IMG/VR virus record: IMGVR_UViG_3300048803_000071
Coordinates: 1 to 64,000 of that record
DNA length: 64,000 nt
Reading direction: 5' to 3' (one strand)
Origin: a virus
Lineage: Duplodnaviria > Caudoviricetes
How positions within the stretch are numbered: the first letter of the stretch is position 1; each line of letters begins with the position of its first letter. This document shows positions 1 through 9,697 of this stretch, piece by piece. The position numbers and the translations under genes were made by a program. Under the pieces are notes generated by a model. It was not told the origin of the DNA. It searched no databases and saw only the letters and a program-made list of their open reading frames with translations.

Positions 1-855
1 TTATTCTTTTACCGTTCCACCGAACTTCTTTTCACATTCGGCCCAAAAGCCGCAGTATTTTCTGGAGCACATCATGTTACTTCTGTTTGGTAGAGGTTGT
101 GTGTATCCTCTTTTTAATAGTTCTATCTTCTGTCGTGATGTTGCTGTTATTATCTGGAAGTGCTTCATATCGGATGGTGATGGAGGTGGGATTTGTATTG
201 TCACTACTCTTGGATATTTGACCTTTATTGCATAATCTAAATATAATTTGTTACCTGCGTTTATTCCGGATTCCATTTTTTTAGCCATGGAATAGCACAG
301 CATTTGAAAGTGATGGTCCGGATTGATTAAATATTCACCGTCTCTTTTACCCGGGGTTTTACCGCTTGTTTTGTTGTCGTGAATTTCTCCGTTCTTTGTT
401 TCTACATCCGATATCCCCTTCAGGATCCAATCAACTCCGGGAAATTTGACGTTGTATTCTTTTTGTGCCGCAATGGGCTGTATAGAGGGAGATACTGTTT
501 TTTGATATGCCTGTACTAATTTAACTCCTACGTCTTTCATCTTATCCGCCGATTCGTTTTCCTGAAGTTCAGCATCCTGTTTTCTTTCATTAAATGATGT
601 AATAAATGCATCTACAACATCTTCTATTTCCAGGTCATTCTTTGTTTTTATCTTCTGTAAATAATTGGTGGTTAATGCATCGTCGTATGAACTTCCAAGT
701 ACCAATGCTCCTGTTGGCGGGATTTTTAATCTACAAACGTATCTGAACCAAAATGCAGCTTCACATCTCTTTAACATATTAATCATCGAGGGGGAAAGAT
801 GCTCAGTCCTCTCCTCCTCAATCATAGCTACACCATTCTTTTTTTTTATAGGCAT
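1..855 (-). CDS. PD-(D/E)XK nuclease (Cas4/RecB-like exonuclease)
   Basis: HLSPS N-terminal motif, G-I-S-D...D-N-K-T catalytic motif, Q-x-x-x-Y motif, and C-terminal Cys cluster (C-x3-Y-C-x5-C) plus an N-terminal Cys. Confidence 0.85.
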   Translation of the reverse strand: MPIKKKNGVAMIEEERTEHLSPSMINMLKRCEAAFWFRYVCRLKIPPTGALVLGSSYDDALTTNYLQKIKTKNDLEIEDVVDAFITSFNERKQDAELQENESADKMKDVGVKLVQAYQKTVSPSIQPIAAQKEYNVKFPGVDWILKGISDVETKNGEIHDNKTSGKTPGKRDGEYLINPDHHFQMLCYSMAKKMESGINAGNKLYLDYAIKVKYPRVVTIQIPPPSPSDMKHFQIITATSRQKIELLKRGYTQPLPNRSNMMCSRKYCGFWAECEKKFGGTVKE

Positions 856-856
856 A

Positions 857-1396
857 TTAGAATATGCGATAACCGATCTTTAAACTAAGCCCAAATGGCT
901 GGCGTGCTAATGGAATGTTTATTGCCGGTTGAATTCTAAAGTCTTTTATTTTAAAGTGGAACTCTCCATAAATTGAATTTTGAATGCCCTGTAGAAAAGT
1001 TGACTTTGTTATTATGGAATCCTGAAATAAATAGGTTCCTTGATAGCCCACGAAAAATCCTTCGAAAGAGAATAACTTTTCTCCTGTCCCTGTAAATATT
1101 TTTATTTGTTCATTGCAGATACTGATTTCCTTATCCTTATTCTTAATGATTGTATCTTTCCCTTGCAGTCTCTCGTTTTGCATAACAATTACATCCTCAT
1201 AATCGCTTATTATGGTGTCTTGAAGTTTAACAATAGAATCTGCGGATTTATATTTCAGGTTGTAAGTTATTGCACTATCTAAAAACGCATTCCAAACCTG
1301 ATCGGGTATTTTAGTATATCCGTTTTCGTGGGTGATTTGTGAATATGATATTGTTGATATCAATATTATCACTAAAGTTAATATTATTTTTCTCAT
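857..1396 (-). CDS. Secreted coiled-coil protein, spanin-like or outer-membrane lysis accessory
   Basis: Sec signal peptide (SYS|Q), coiled-coil middle, beta-signal-like C-terminus (LKIGYRIF); lies downstream of holin-like and TM+coiled-coil genes. Confidence 0.4.
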   Translation of the reverse strand: MRKIILTLVIILISTISYSQITHENGYTKIPDQVWNAFLDSAITYNLKYKSADSIVKLQDTIISDYEDVIVMQNERLQGKDTIIKNKDKEISICNEQIKIFTGTGEKLFSFEGFFVGYQGTYLFQDSIITKSTFLQGIQNSIYGEFHFKIKDFRIQPAINIPLARQPFGLSLKIGYRIF

Positions 1397-1755
1397 TTAT
1401 TTCCTCCAAAACCATAAAGCTTTGAGAAAAGATTTTCTTTTTCCGTTAAAGATAAATTATGAATGGTATTTAAATTGTTTTGGAGATTGGTTTTGATAGT
1501 ATTTATATTCTCTTTTGTTACACTTACTTTTTTCATCATATCATCAATGAATAAATTTTTAATACTGTCAATTACCTCAAGTTTAGCATTTTTAATCTCA
1601 AGTTCTGCCTTTTGATTTTCAAGAACTATATATTCCTGAAAATCTTTTTTTGATATAGAATCAGAGTTGCAGCTACTTTTAAAGAAAGTAAGATATATCA
1701 GCCCGACAACAATGAGTATGTTAAGAGCATAATTTATTATTTCGTTGATCTTCAT
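1393..1755 (-). CDS. Putative inner-membrane spanin subunit
   Basis: Single N-terminal TM helix followed by coiled coil; overlaps neighbouring genes. Confidence 0.45.
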   Translation of the reverse strand: MKINEIINYALNILIVVGLIYLTFFKSSCNSDSISKKDFQEYIVLENQKAELEIKNAKLEVIDSIKNLFIDDMMKKVSVTKENINTIKTNLQNNLNTIHNLSLTEKENLFSKLYGFGGNK

Positions 1756-2153
1756 TGTTTTATTACCTCCGGGCCTACTGTATCTGCTAAATCTTTAGAA
1801 TCTAAAACAGGTACTTTGCTTATTGTATTGGAAAGTATCTTTTGTGCCGCTAATCCTACTAGCCATGCTATGAAAAAGAATTGAGCTGGTTCCTCTCCTG
1901 ATATTGCTCCTCCTGTAAATAATTTCGTAAACCAGTGATTAATATCGGTTGAAATGATAACTCCAAAAGAGATCATTATTAATATGTTTACTACGATGGG
2001 CCAGAAATTCAATATTAAGTATGCTTTTAATACTAAAATATTACCCCAAAAAGTCCCTAAAGAGGGTGTTGATTTATTGAATTTTATTAAACTGATTCCT
2101 ATGCAGGTTAATAACCCCAGTAAAGCCATTGCTTCAAATTTAACGAATAACAT
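1752..2153 (-). CDS. Putative holin (3 TM helices)
   Basis: 133 aa with three hydrophobic segments and a hydrophilic C-tail; precedes spanin-like pair. Confidence 0.45.
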   Translation of the reverse strand: MLFVKFEAMALLGLLTCIGISLIKFNKSTPSLGTFWGNILVLKAYLILNFWPIVVNILIMISFGVIISTDINHWFTKLFTGGAISGEEPAQFFFIAWLVGLAAQKILSNTISKVPVLDSKDLADTVGPEVIKQ

Positions 2154-2194
2154 AACTACTCCTTTTTTTTTATTTAAAAAAAATTTATAAGTAT

Positions 2195-3997
2195 TTAATC
2201 GGATATACTTGTTGTATTTAAAATTTCCAGCTGTTCCAACGGTAATATGTCAACTTCAGCAACATAAAAAGGTCCGTCGTTTGAATCTGCTGTTAATTCT
2301 TTTAATGTCTGACCCCCTACTATTAATTGAATTTTTTGTGTGCTGCTATTGAAATAGACACCAACACCCTGATTTTGACTTATATCGGCAAGTCCACTTC
2401 CATTGACACTTTCTACAGAAGATGCTATAGCATTTGCCTTAATATATCTGGGGGTAGTTCCTTTTCCCATGTAATCCACTGCTAATATGCTTTCATCTCC
2501 AATCTCATTCACATTAAATCTAATCCTGGCAAACTTAAGAACTCTGAAATTAGTGGTTACAAGAGTTGGCGCACAGAGTCCGTTAAACATAAACCATGAA
2601 TCCTTATTTTCCTCTATGTATAATGAAAACCTTAATTTTTCTTCTTTTCTTATTTGACCAATATAATAATTTAAAGTAGTGAGCATTGCGGGAACACTTA
2701 CTATCTCAACTTCTTCGGTTCCTGTGTTGTCAATTTTCTGCTTTTGTAAAAAACATTTGTTATCTTTGAAATACAGATCTCCTAAAGAATAATCATTTGG
2801 CTTATCCCCTAATTTAATAGAAGATTTTAAACGTGCTGTGATTTTTTCTTCTTCCCAGCTGTACGGACTTCTTATCGGAGTATTGTATACTAATTTTCCA
2901 ATGGATATTACATTTCCTGATTGTTGTGTTTGGAAGCATTTATAACTATAAGAGCCGTAATCAGAAGGAAATAAATAAAAATAATTTGTTCCTTCATTTA
3001 TTTGACTATCTGCTACCCAATCATCGAGATTAATTTGAGTTGCTGATAAATGTACTTCTCTTCCTAGTGGACTGTATGCATAAATCTCGGTAAGTAATAA
3101 TTGATTTCCCATAATTATACTCCCTACTCCTCCGCTCCTTACTCCCGGGGTTATGAAATTTCTCATGAACTCAGTAAGTGTATTAATTATTCTGGCTTCT
3201 TCTATAGTTGTTACTTGTTTGTTGATTCCATTTAATATACTATCGGCATTCACATTTCCGGAAAATTTTTCCTTGTATAAATTTGATGTTCTTCTGTCTG
3301 AGATTCTGTCTATTTCAGCACCGAGTATTGAAACAACGGCTAAACAGATACCATTTATTTGGTCCGTGGTTATTAAAATATCATAATCGTTATATTCGTA
3401 TAAAGGGTTATCCTCTGTGTTGGGTGTAATTTCCTGTCCGTAATATCCCATGATCTTCCATGGTAAATTATTTTCTGTGGTACCGGTAAAAGATTCTGTT
3501 AATTCAATTGTGGATGTGCCAATATTAGCAACTTTATATAAACCGTTATTTCCGCTTATACTATCATATATACCAATATATTCGAAAGGATATATTTTAG
3601 TGAATGTCCCACCTGCTATACTTACAGTTTTTGAGCCGTTAGTAAATGAAAGTATTCCTTCTTCGTAACTTGATTTTTTAGGAACTACTGTTATATAAAA
3701 ACTACCATCACCATATTCGGATAAATCTATTGACGTTCTATCTACTTTTATTATTATAATTTCATTGTTTAAATTCCAAATACAGTATCCGCCATTTATA
3801 TCGATTGATAGTTCTGATTCTTTTCTTACTCTGCAATCTTCTGTATATATTCCCCCGGTTGTTTTTTCAAGAACTACACCAAAAGTTATTGCTTTTGCTC
3901 TTATTAATTCTTCCAGGTTTGAGTTTGTCGATTCCATAAATTGCTTCATAATTTTATTATGGATTCTTAATTTTGTACCGAAGTTTACTTTATTCAT
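2195..3997 (-). CDS. Baseplate/tail fibre-associated structural protein
   Basis: 600 aa, beta-rich, follows gpI-like gene; internal beta domain (GILSFTNGSKTV...NNGLYKVANI). Confidence 0.55.
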   Translation of the reverse strand: MNKVNFGTKLRIHNKIMKQFMESTNSNLEELIRAKAITFGVVLEKTTGGIYTEDCRVRKESELSIDINGGYCIWNLNNEIIIIKVDRTSIDLSEYGDGSFYITVVPKKSSYEEGILSFTNGSKTVSIAGGTFTKIYPFEYIGIYDSISGNNGLYKVANIGTSTIELTESFTGTTENNLPWKIMGYYGQEITPNTEDNPLYEYNDYDILITTDQINGICLAVVSILGAEIDRISDRRTSNLYKEKFSGNVNADSILNGINKQVTTIEEARIINTLTEFMRNFITPGVRSGGVGSIIMGNQLLLTEIYAYSPLGREVHLSATQINLDDWVADSQINEGTNYFYLFPSDYGSYSYKCFQTQQSGNVISIGKLVYNTPIRSPYSWEEEKITARLKSSIKLGDKPNDYSLGDLYFKDNKCFLQKQKIDNTGTEEVEIVSVPAMLTTLNYYIGQIRKEEKLRFSLYIEENKDSWFMFNGLCAPTLVTTNFRVLKFARIRFNVNEIGDESILAVDYMGKGTTPRYIKANAIASSVESVNGSGLADISQNQGVGVYFNSSTQKIQLIVGGQTLKELTADSNDGPFYVAEVDILPLEQLEILNTTSISD

Positions 3998-4692
3998 TGA
4001 ATTACCTCTCCAAATTTAAATGTTCCAAATTTTATTCTGTAAGTGTTTTTTATGTCAAACCATGTAATTATATGAGGTTTGATTATGATGATGTTTAGAT
4101 TAATTGTTAATGGCACAAATTCTTTTCTTATTATGTCTATTACTTCATTGTCCGAATATCCGGAATTATTATTGATTGTTACTTCTAATAGATTGTCCAG
4201 GTCTAATCTGCAAACTCCGTCAAGTGTTGTTTCCGTAGGGGAACTGTATTCAGGAAAGGTTTGATCTAACCACCATCCGCACTCGGTCCAGGGGTAATAA
4301 TTAATTTCCTTAAGTCCCTGAGCTAATCTGCTTATATCGTCTCTTATTCCCTGTTCTTTTCCTCTGTTTTGATGGATTGCATAAATATTATTAATGGCAT
4401 TTATTATTTCTTCCTTACTGGAGTTTCTGCTTAAGAATATTTGTGAATCACTGTTTGCGTATTTTAAAGCATCTGAATATTGTTCAATATGTACCGTTTG
4501 TAATTTCTTTAATCCGTTGTACCACCTTACCATAGATATAGCTATTGAAGTTAATATGTCTTTACATAACTTATTTATGACTATAAATTTTGGTAAATAA
4601 TCAATTAACGCGAGTAAGAAATAAAATCTGATCGGCTGCCCGAATTTGAAAGTGCCAAATTTAGGTACCGAATTGTCTTTTCTATTTATCAT
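3994..4692 (-). CDS. Baseplate wedge protein (gpI-like)
   Basis: LIDYLPKF N-terminus, H-x-x-RG-x-x-x-GI motif, IIRKEFVP C-terminal motif typical of gpI-like proteins. Confidence 0.6.
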   Translation of the reverse strand: MINRKDNSVPKFGTFKFGQPIRFYFLLALIDYLPKFIVINKLCKDILTSIAISMVRWYNGLKKLQTVHIEQYSDALKYANSDSQIFLSRNSSKEEIINAINNIYAIHQNRGKEQGIRDDISRLAQGLKEINYYPWTECGWWLDQTFPEYSSPTETTLDGVCRLDLDNLLEVTINNNSGYSDNEVIDIIRKEFVPLTINLNIIIIKPHIITWFDIKNTYRIKFGTFKFGEVIQ

Positions 4693-5672
4693 TATGGTTT
4701 AAGAAAAAATCCTGTATTTTTATTGTGATTGTCATAGATAACATTAACTTGAGTGCCAATATTAAGAGTGTCGTTCGACATATTCCCTATTAATCTTGTT
4801 ATTGCTGTATTAGAATTAAAAATATTGCCTCCCCATTGGTTATATATTTTGGAATTAATCATAAATAATTTACATCTATTATCACATGATATAACAATAC
4901 TTGAAACATTTACCATATTAATTATCCTGCAATTTTCGATATAAGCATTTGATCCGTCTTTATTATAGATATTGATCCATTCTTCATAACCTTCAAGTCC
5001 TTGATTAAAACCATAGATTAAAGAATTTGTCAATGTATATGAGGCGCTGTCGGAATATATAGCATATCCGTAAATATCTGCACTTCCATATAATTTTAAT
5101 ACTAAATTATCAAATATAATCTTTGAATTTTCTGTCGAATCACTCCATGAATTTTTTATTCTTATTAGAGTAGAAGATGCATTCCCTGCATTTGAGAATA
5201 TTGTAATATTCTTCATAGAGAAGTTACTGCAGTTTATAGCATATACAACTGCCGTGTCTATTCTGGATATGATTACCCTGCTTGGATCATCTCCTACAAT
5301 CGCTACATTGCTTTTTGCCGTAATACGTTCTGTATATATTCCCGGATGAACATATATTACTCCACTGTCTATATTTGTGAGAGCTGCTGATATTGAAGGT
5401 GATGTTTTTCTCCAAATGCTCAAGGGATATGATGGTGATACTTCCCAATAATTTCTTGGGATAATAGTTGTATCCTGTATAATGGTTTGAACTTTAATAG
5501 ATGATCCGCTCATGTCGATTATTCCCGGTGTTCTGTTGGATATAGTATCACCGGACGATAATTTTATCGAAGGATTCTTCCGAAACCTTATAGCATCAAA
5601 ATCCGTATATTGGACTTCATAATATGCGAATCCGAACAGGAATAATATGAATATAAAAATTTTGGTTCTCAT
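4692..5672 (-). CDS. Pectin-lyase-like beta-helix protein with signal peptide
   Basis: SISAAL...IYVHPGIYTERI...VAIVG motif followed by beta-helix repeats; hydrophobic N-terminus. Confidence 0.7.
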   Translation of the reverse strand: MRTKIFIFILFLFGFAYYEVQYTDFDAIRFRKNPSIKLSSGDTISNRTPGIIDMSGSSIKVQTIIQDTTIIPRNYWEVSPSYPLSIWRKTSPSISAALTNIDSGVIYVHPGIYTERITAKSNVAIVGDDPSRVIISRIDTAVVYAINCSNFSMKNITIFSNAGNASSTLIRIKNSWSDSTENSKIIFDNLVLKLYGSADIYGYAIYSDSASYTLTNSLIYGFNQGLEGYEEWINIYNKDGSNAYIENCRIINMVNVSSIVISCDNRCKLFMINSKIYNQWGGNIFNSNTAITRLIGNMSNDTLNIGTQVNVIYDNHNKNTGFFLKP

Positions 5673-5673
5673 T

Positions 5674-6699
5674 TTATTTCTCCTTTTTAGGTTTTTGTTT
5701 ATATTTATCTTTTATTATTTCTACTGCTTCTCTTAGTTTGTACTTGTAATGTGTTTGATCTATTCTCCCGCTGTAAAATAGTTCAAAAGCTTCTTTGTAT
5801 ATTTTTATTATATTGCTGATTTTTTTTGTTGCTTCTCCGTTTTTAAATGAATCTGTATATTCTTTGTATACCATCTGAGCCTGCGGCATATTAATTTTAT
5901 ATTCTTCTGCAATAACTTTAATTTTACTCATATATATCTGTTGTTTTTCGGATGCCTTATAGTTTTTTCTCTTCTCTTCTTTTCTTAATATTCTTATGTT
6001 TTTCTGAATAAGAGGAGTATTTAAAATGACTTCGGTAGATAATTTCTTTAGAATCCTCGCTTTAATGTTCTGTTGGAAATTATAAGAGTAATTTGTGTTG
6101 TGCAAAGCATCTATTTTCGCAAGTTCTTCAAATGCGGATACTAGCATTGCTTCTGTGTTAATTGCTTGCTCTTGAACTTCTACTCCTTTCATAAGTAGTT
6201 TTACTTCGTTTTGCCTGAGTTTGTAGTATTCAATTCTTATCGTTTCGTCAGTTTGCTGAAATTTTATGATGTCTTTGATGTTCACATCCATTTGAAACAT
6301 ATTCGATATTAACTCTTTTATTTCATCTGAGCTGTCTTTTTTTAATAATAAATCTTTTACTTTTTCAAAATATGTTAATATCAAATTTATTTTTCTATAA
6401 CCGGCCTGATTGTCTTTCGAATATTTTGCAATTGTTAAATCGTATTCCTGAATGGCTGCTCTTATCTGATTTACAATATCATATCCTTCTATAAACGTTG
6501 GTCGTATTTTCCATCTCTTTATATCTACTAAAATTCTGTCAATAGATATTCTGGGTAATCCGTTCGGATTATTACCGTAAAGGTTGGATATTTCTTCTAC
6601 TTTAAGTTGATAGTCCCATATATAACTTTTTAAGGTTTCTTCGTCATACCTTGTTGGCGGTGGTGCCTGTGGGATTTCTAATATGTTTGTTTCGCTCAT
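5674..6699 (-). CDS. Hypothetical helical protein (possibly DNA-binding or small-terminase-like)
   Basis: 341 aa, helical, basic C-terminus; no decisive motif. Confidence 0.3.
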   Translation of the reverse strand: MSETNILEIPQAPPPTRYDEETLKSYIWDYQLKVEEISNLYGNNPNGLPRISIDRILVDIKRWKIRPTFIEGYDIVNQIRAAIQEYDLTIAKYSKDNQAGYRKINLILTYFEKVKDLLLKKDSSDEIKELISNMFQMDVNIKDIIKFQQTDETIRIEYYKLRQNEVKLLMKGVEVQEQAINTEAMLVSAFEELAKIDALHNTNYSYNFQQNIKARILKKLSTEVILNTPLIQKNIRILRKEEKRKNYKASEKQQIYMSKIKVIAEEYKINMPQAQMVYKEYTDSFKNGEATKKISNIIKIYKEAFELFYSGRIDQTHYKYKLREAVEIIKDKYKQKPKKEK

Positions 6700-6732
6700 A
6701 ATTTTTATTTTTTTTACTGACTACTACTGTTC

Positions 6733-7524
6733 TCAATATGTTGGTTTTGGTTCTACCCCTTCTTCTACATTTTTCTTTAATGAAAAAGCTGTTCCTTCAT
6801 TTATTGTTCCTTCACAATCTGAGTTTTTCATCACGTATGTTCCCCCTGTCATTCCGGCTGCAAGTGTTAATGATGCTCCATCCGTCCCCAGGATATTATC
6901 AACATTTGTGATGAAAAGTTTATTGTTGTTTCCCGATACACTTATTGCACTCCAGTGCTCACAATTATGTATTAAAACCGTTGAGCCTCCGGACTGTAGG
7001 AAGTTCCCGGAAACCTTGGAACAATTTATAAAGACCGCTACTCCGCCTGTAATAGAGATGTTGTTGGAGAATTTAACGTTTTCGAATATGTGTACACCGG
7101 TACTTAATATTATGTTTCCGCTGATTATTGAGGTGTCTTTTTGTATCCCCCTGAAAACAACATAACCATCATGGTTTAATGTCAGTGCTTCTCCGTAACT
7201 TGTTGTCTTTGCCCTTATTTCAATTAGTGCTTTATCTGTAGAAGAAGAACCATCCGTTATAACACCAGCATAAGCATCCGATACCTTGCTAAAATAAGGT
7301 TTATTAAGAGAGCTGTAATTTTCTCCTACCATATAATGCTTCTGCGGTAATAAAGCAATCGCTGCGTCTTTTAGGTATTTATGAATATTGTCTAAAAAAT
7401 ATTGTTTGTTCGCATTCGTTCCGTTTAAATCCCCTTCATATTCAGCATCTATTATAGCTACTAAATCTGCAAGGTTTGTTGTTGCCGCATATACTAAATT
7501 AGATGTAGATGTAGGTGTAGTCAT
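6733..7524 (-). CDS. Structural protein with short beta-helix
   Basis: FSKVSDA...LIEIRA beta-helix cap followed by repeats; downstream of baseplate J. Confidence 0.5.
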   Translation of the reverse strand: MTTPTSTSNLVYAATTNLADLVAIIDAEYEGDLNGTNANKQYFLDNIHKYLKDAAIALLPQKHYMVGENYSSLNKPYFSKVSDAYAGVITDGSSSTDKALIEIRAKTTSYGEALTLNHDGYVVFRGIQKDTSIISGNIILSTGVHIFENVKFSNNISITGGVAVFINCSKVSGNFLQSGGSTVLIHNCEHWSAISVSGNNNKLFITNVDNILGTDGASLTLAAGMTGGTYVMKNSDCEGTINEGTAFSLKKNVEEGVEPKPTY

Positions 7525-7539
7525 TAATCAGTTCCTTTA

Positions 7540-8724
7540 TTATTTTGTTTGATAAAATTTTTGGTTTATTTGTTCATTGTATTTTGTTACCCTAGCTGTC
7601 ATGTCTGTTATTTTTAAAGACTGAAAATATGGTAAACTGTTAGAGTTAAGGTTTATGTTTGTCGCTATGCTTCCGTTCATTTTGAATGTTTGTAAATCAA
7701 TGTAGTTTGTTTGAGGACAGGTTAATGCCGCTGCATAACTATCTTCCAATTTTATATTTGGACCAAAATTATATTTGCTCCAATCAAATAATTTCGAAAT
7801 GATATCTGCCATGTTCACATAATATAAATCAAAATCAACTGTCCCACTGTTATTAATGGGTTTTAATTTTACTCTCATTTCTATAGATATTATAGTAAAC
7901 TGTATGTTAACACATGTTACTTTCGTATATGTTTTTTGGCTGCTTTCGATTTGCTGTGTTAATATTCCCAGCTCAGCATCTGAGAGAGGGACTCCGTTTT
8001 TTGTTACTATAATTATCTTTACAGCGTCTGGTGAGTTCCCGTCTTTCATGGGTTTTATTCTCAATATCCTGTTGTCGAGATCATAACACAATGCTTCATA
8101 AAACCTTGTAGTGTCCTGGGATAAAAGTTTGACGTAATTTTTTATCCGGTATTTAAATTCGTCATCACTTTCTCTGTCCTTTCCTCCAACTGTAGGTGCC
8201 GGATTTGTTGCTGTTACTCCGTCAATGTTTATTTCCGTTATTTGATTAGCATAGCATTTTCCTTTTGTTCCCGGTACTAAACTTTCAGCCCATGCTACAT
8301 CTCCCAATGAAGTATTGCTTAAATTGATTAATCCGTTTTGTACGAATCCTGGATTCACCGCTCCTATTTCGATAGTCTCTTTTATTAAATAGCCGGCTTT
8401 TGATGTGGGGTTGTATATAATCGTTCCTGAACTGATTATAGTCCCTGCCGTTCCTTTAAAGAGTAATAGAGCCCCTGCACTTGTTTCCCCGTTTCTCACT
8501 ATGCCTTTCTCGGCTGCGTAATTATCCAAATCCTGCCCGAAGCATGTATCTATAAATAATTTTCTCTTTACCTGCGTTGTATCATTCCATAGCTCTCTGA
8601 GCTTTAAAGCTACAGAAGTAAAAATCCCCCTTATCACTCCGCCTATCCCTAAAAAGGTAACTGTGTCATTTCTCGATACGAATTCTTGTACAAGTTCCTG
8701 TTCTATATCCTGCGCTGTTTTCAT
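7540..8724 (-). CDS. Baseplate J-like wedge protein
   Basis: GQDLD...KGIVR, GTIISSGT and GGKDRESDDEFKYRI motifs of the gpJ family. Confidence 0.9.
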   Translation of the reverse strand: MKTAQDIEQELVQEFVSRNDTVTFLGIGGVIRGIFTSVALKLRELWNDTTQVKRKLFIDTCFGQDLDNYAAEKGIVRNGETSAGALLLFKGTAGTIISSGTIIYNPTSKAGYLIKETIEIGAVNPGFVQNGLINLSNTSLGDVAWAESLVPGTKGKCYANQITEINIDGVTATNPAPTVGGKDRESDDEFKYRIKNYVKLLSQDTTRFYEALCYDLDNRILRIKPMKDGNSPDAVKIIIVTKNGVPLSDAELGILTQQIESSQKTYTKVTCVNIQFTIISIEMRVKLKPINNSGTVDFDLYYVNMADIISKLFDWSKYNFGPNIKLEDSYAAALTCPQTNYIDLQTFKMNGSIATNINLNSNSLPYFQSLKITDMTARVTKYNEQINQKFYQTK

Positions 8725-8730
8725 TATTCT

Positions 8731-9651
8731 TTATTTAAAATTAGTAGCGGGAGTTGGGGTCGCACCAACCTTTCCAAGAGAATGAATCTTGGCTACTCCT
8801 AACCGAGCGTCCCGCAGTGTTTTTTCAAAATCTTTTAATAAATTATTATCATATTCCCAATGATGATTTGGACACAAAGCTATCAAATTATCAATATGAT
8901 TTACTTCTGATAGCATAGTCCCGTTTGGAAAATCTTTCACATCTTTTTTATGGCAAATATCTATTCTTTTATCATATCCGCAAACCTCGCATACATATAG
9001 TCTCTTTGCCCTTTTATAAACTTGTCTTGCATTCTTTGCTATTCGTGTTCTATATTTTATCCAATGAGGAGATGATGTTTTGAGTTTTTCAATTGATATA
9101 TCTCTTTCTTTAATATAACATTCTCTGCATAATTTACTTGAAGATGTTCTTGATTTAATTTTTCCACATTTGCAAAAACGAGTACGATATTGATTTAAAC
9201 CCTTAACATTATATATTTTTATATAACATTCTCTGCATGATCTGGATACTTTCCTTTTTAATTTTCCACAATCGCAATAATCATATTGAATTAATTTTTT
9301 AATTTTCCGGCTTTCAAGATTACATTTTTTACAGCATGTAGATGTTTTCTTTTTCAATTTTCCGCAGACACAATAATTATACCCTCTTAAATCTTTAATT
9401 TTATTTTGATATTTACTTGGACTTTCATAATGTTTTTTATTATTGTATATAGCTGCACAACTACAATTACAGAATTTCTTCATTCTTATTTGTCCCGGCT
9501 TTTTTCCTTCCGGGATCTCTATTCTTTTATTACATTGTAAACAATAGGGGGGATTTTCATAATATTTTTTTATAGCATTATCTCTTGATATAATCGCCAT
9601 TTTCTGGCCGCCGCCCTGTCCTTTTATTTTTCCTGTTGATGTTAACGTCAT
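8731..9651 (-). CDS. Free-standing HNH homing endonuclease with tandem Zn-finger repeats
   Basis: C-terminal CEVCG...DICH...DNLIALCPNHH; three CxCG-x-x-K...CxxC repeats; inserted between baseplate genes; probable start MAIISR at 9600. Confidence 0.85.
   Translation of the reverse strand: MTLTSTGKIKGQGGGQKMAIISRDNAIKKYYENPPYCLQCNKRIEIPEGKKPGQIRMKKFCNCSCAAIYNNKKHYESPSKYQNKIKDLRGYNYCVCGKLKKKTSTCCKKCNLESRKIKKLIQYDYCDCGKLKRKVSRSCRECYIKIYNVKGLNQYRTRFCKCGKIKSRTSSSKLCRECYIKERDISIEKLKTSSPHWIKYRTRIAKNARQVYKRAKRLYVCEVCGYDKRIDICHKKDVKDFPNGTMLSEVNHIDNLIALCPNHHWEYDNNLLKDFEKTLRDARLGVAKIHSLGKVGATPTPATNFK
8745..8816 (-). tRNA. tRNA-Met(CAT)-like element, atypical or pseudo
   Basis: GCGGGA/TCCCGC acceptor stem with 1:72 mismatch, CAAGA-TTCATTC-TCTTG anticodon arm, GTTGG-TGCGACC-CCAAC T-arm; poor D-arm, no encoded CCA. 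Confidence 0.6.
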
Positions 9652-9697
9652 GATTCTTGTTCTTTGTTATTAATTACTCATTATTAATTATTAATGG

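Noticed and set aside
1-855. cas4 of a CRISPR locus
   Set aside because: Solo phage PD-(D/E)XK nuclease; no cas genes or array in the window.
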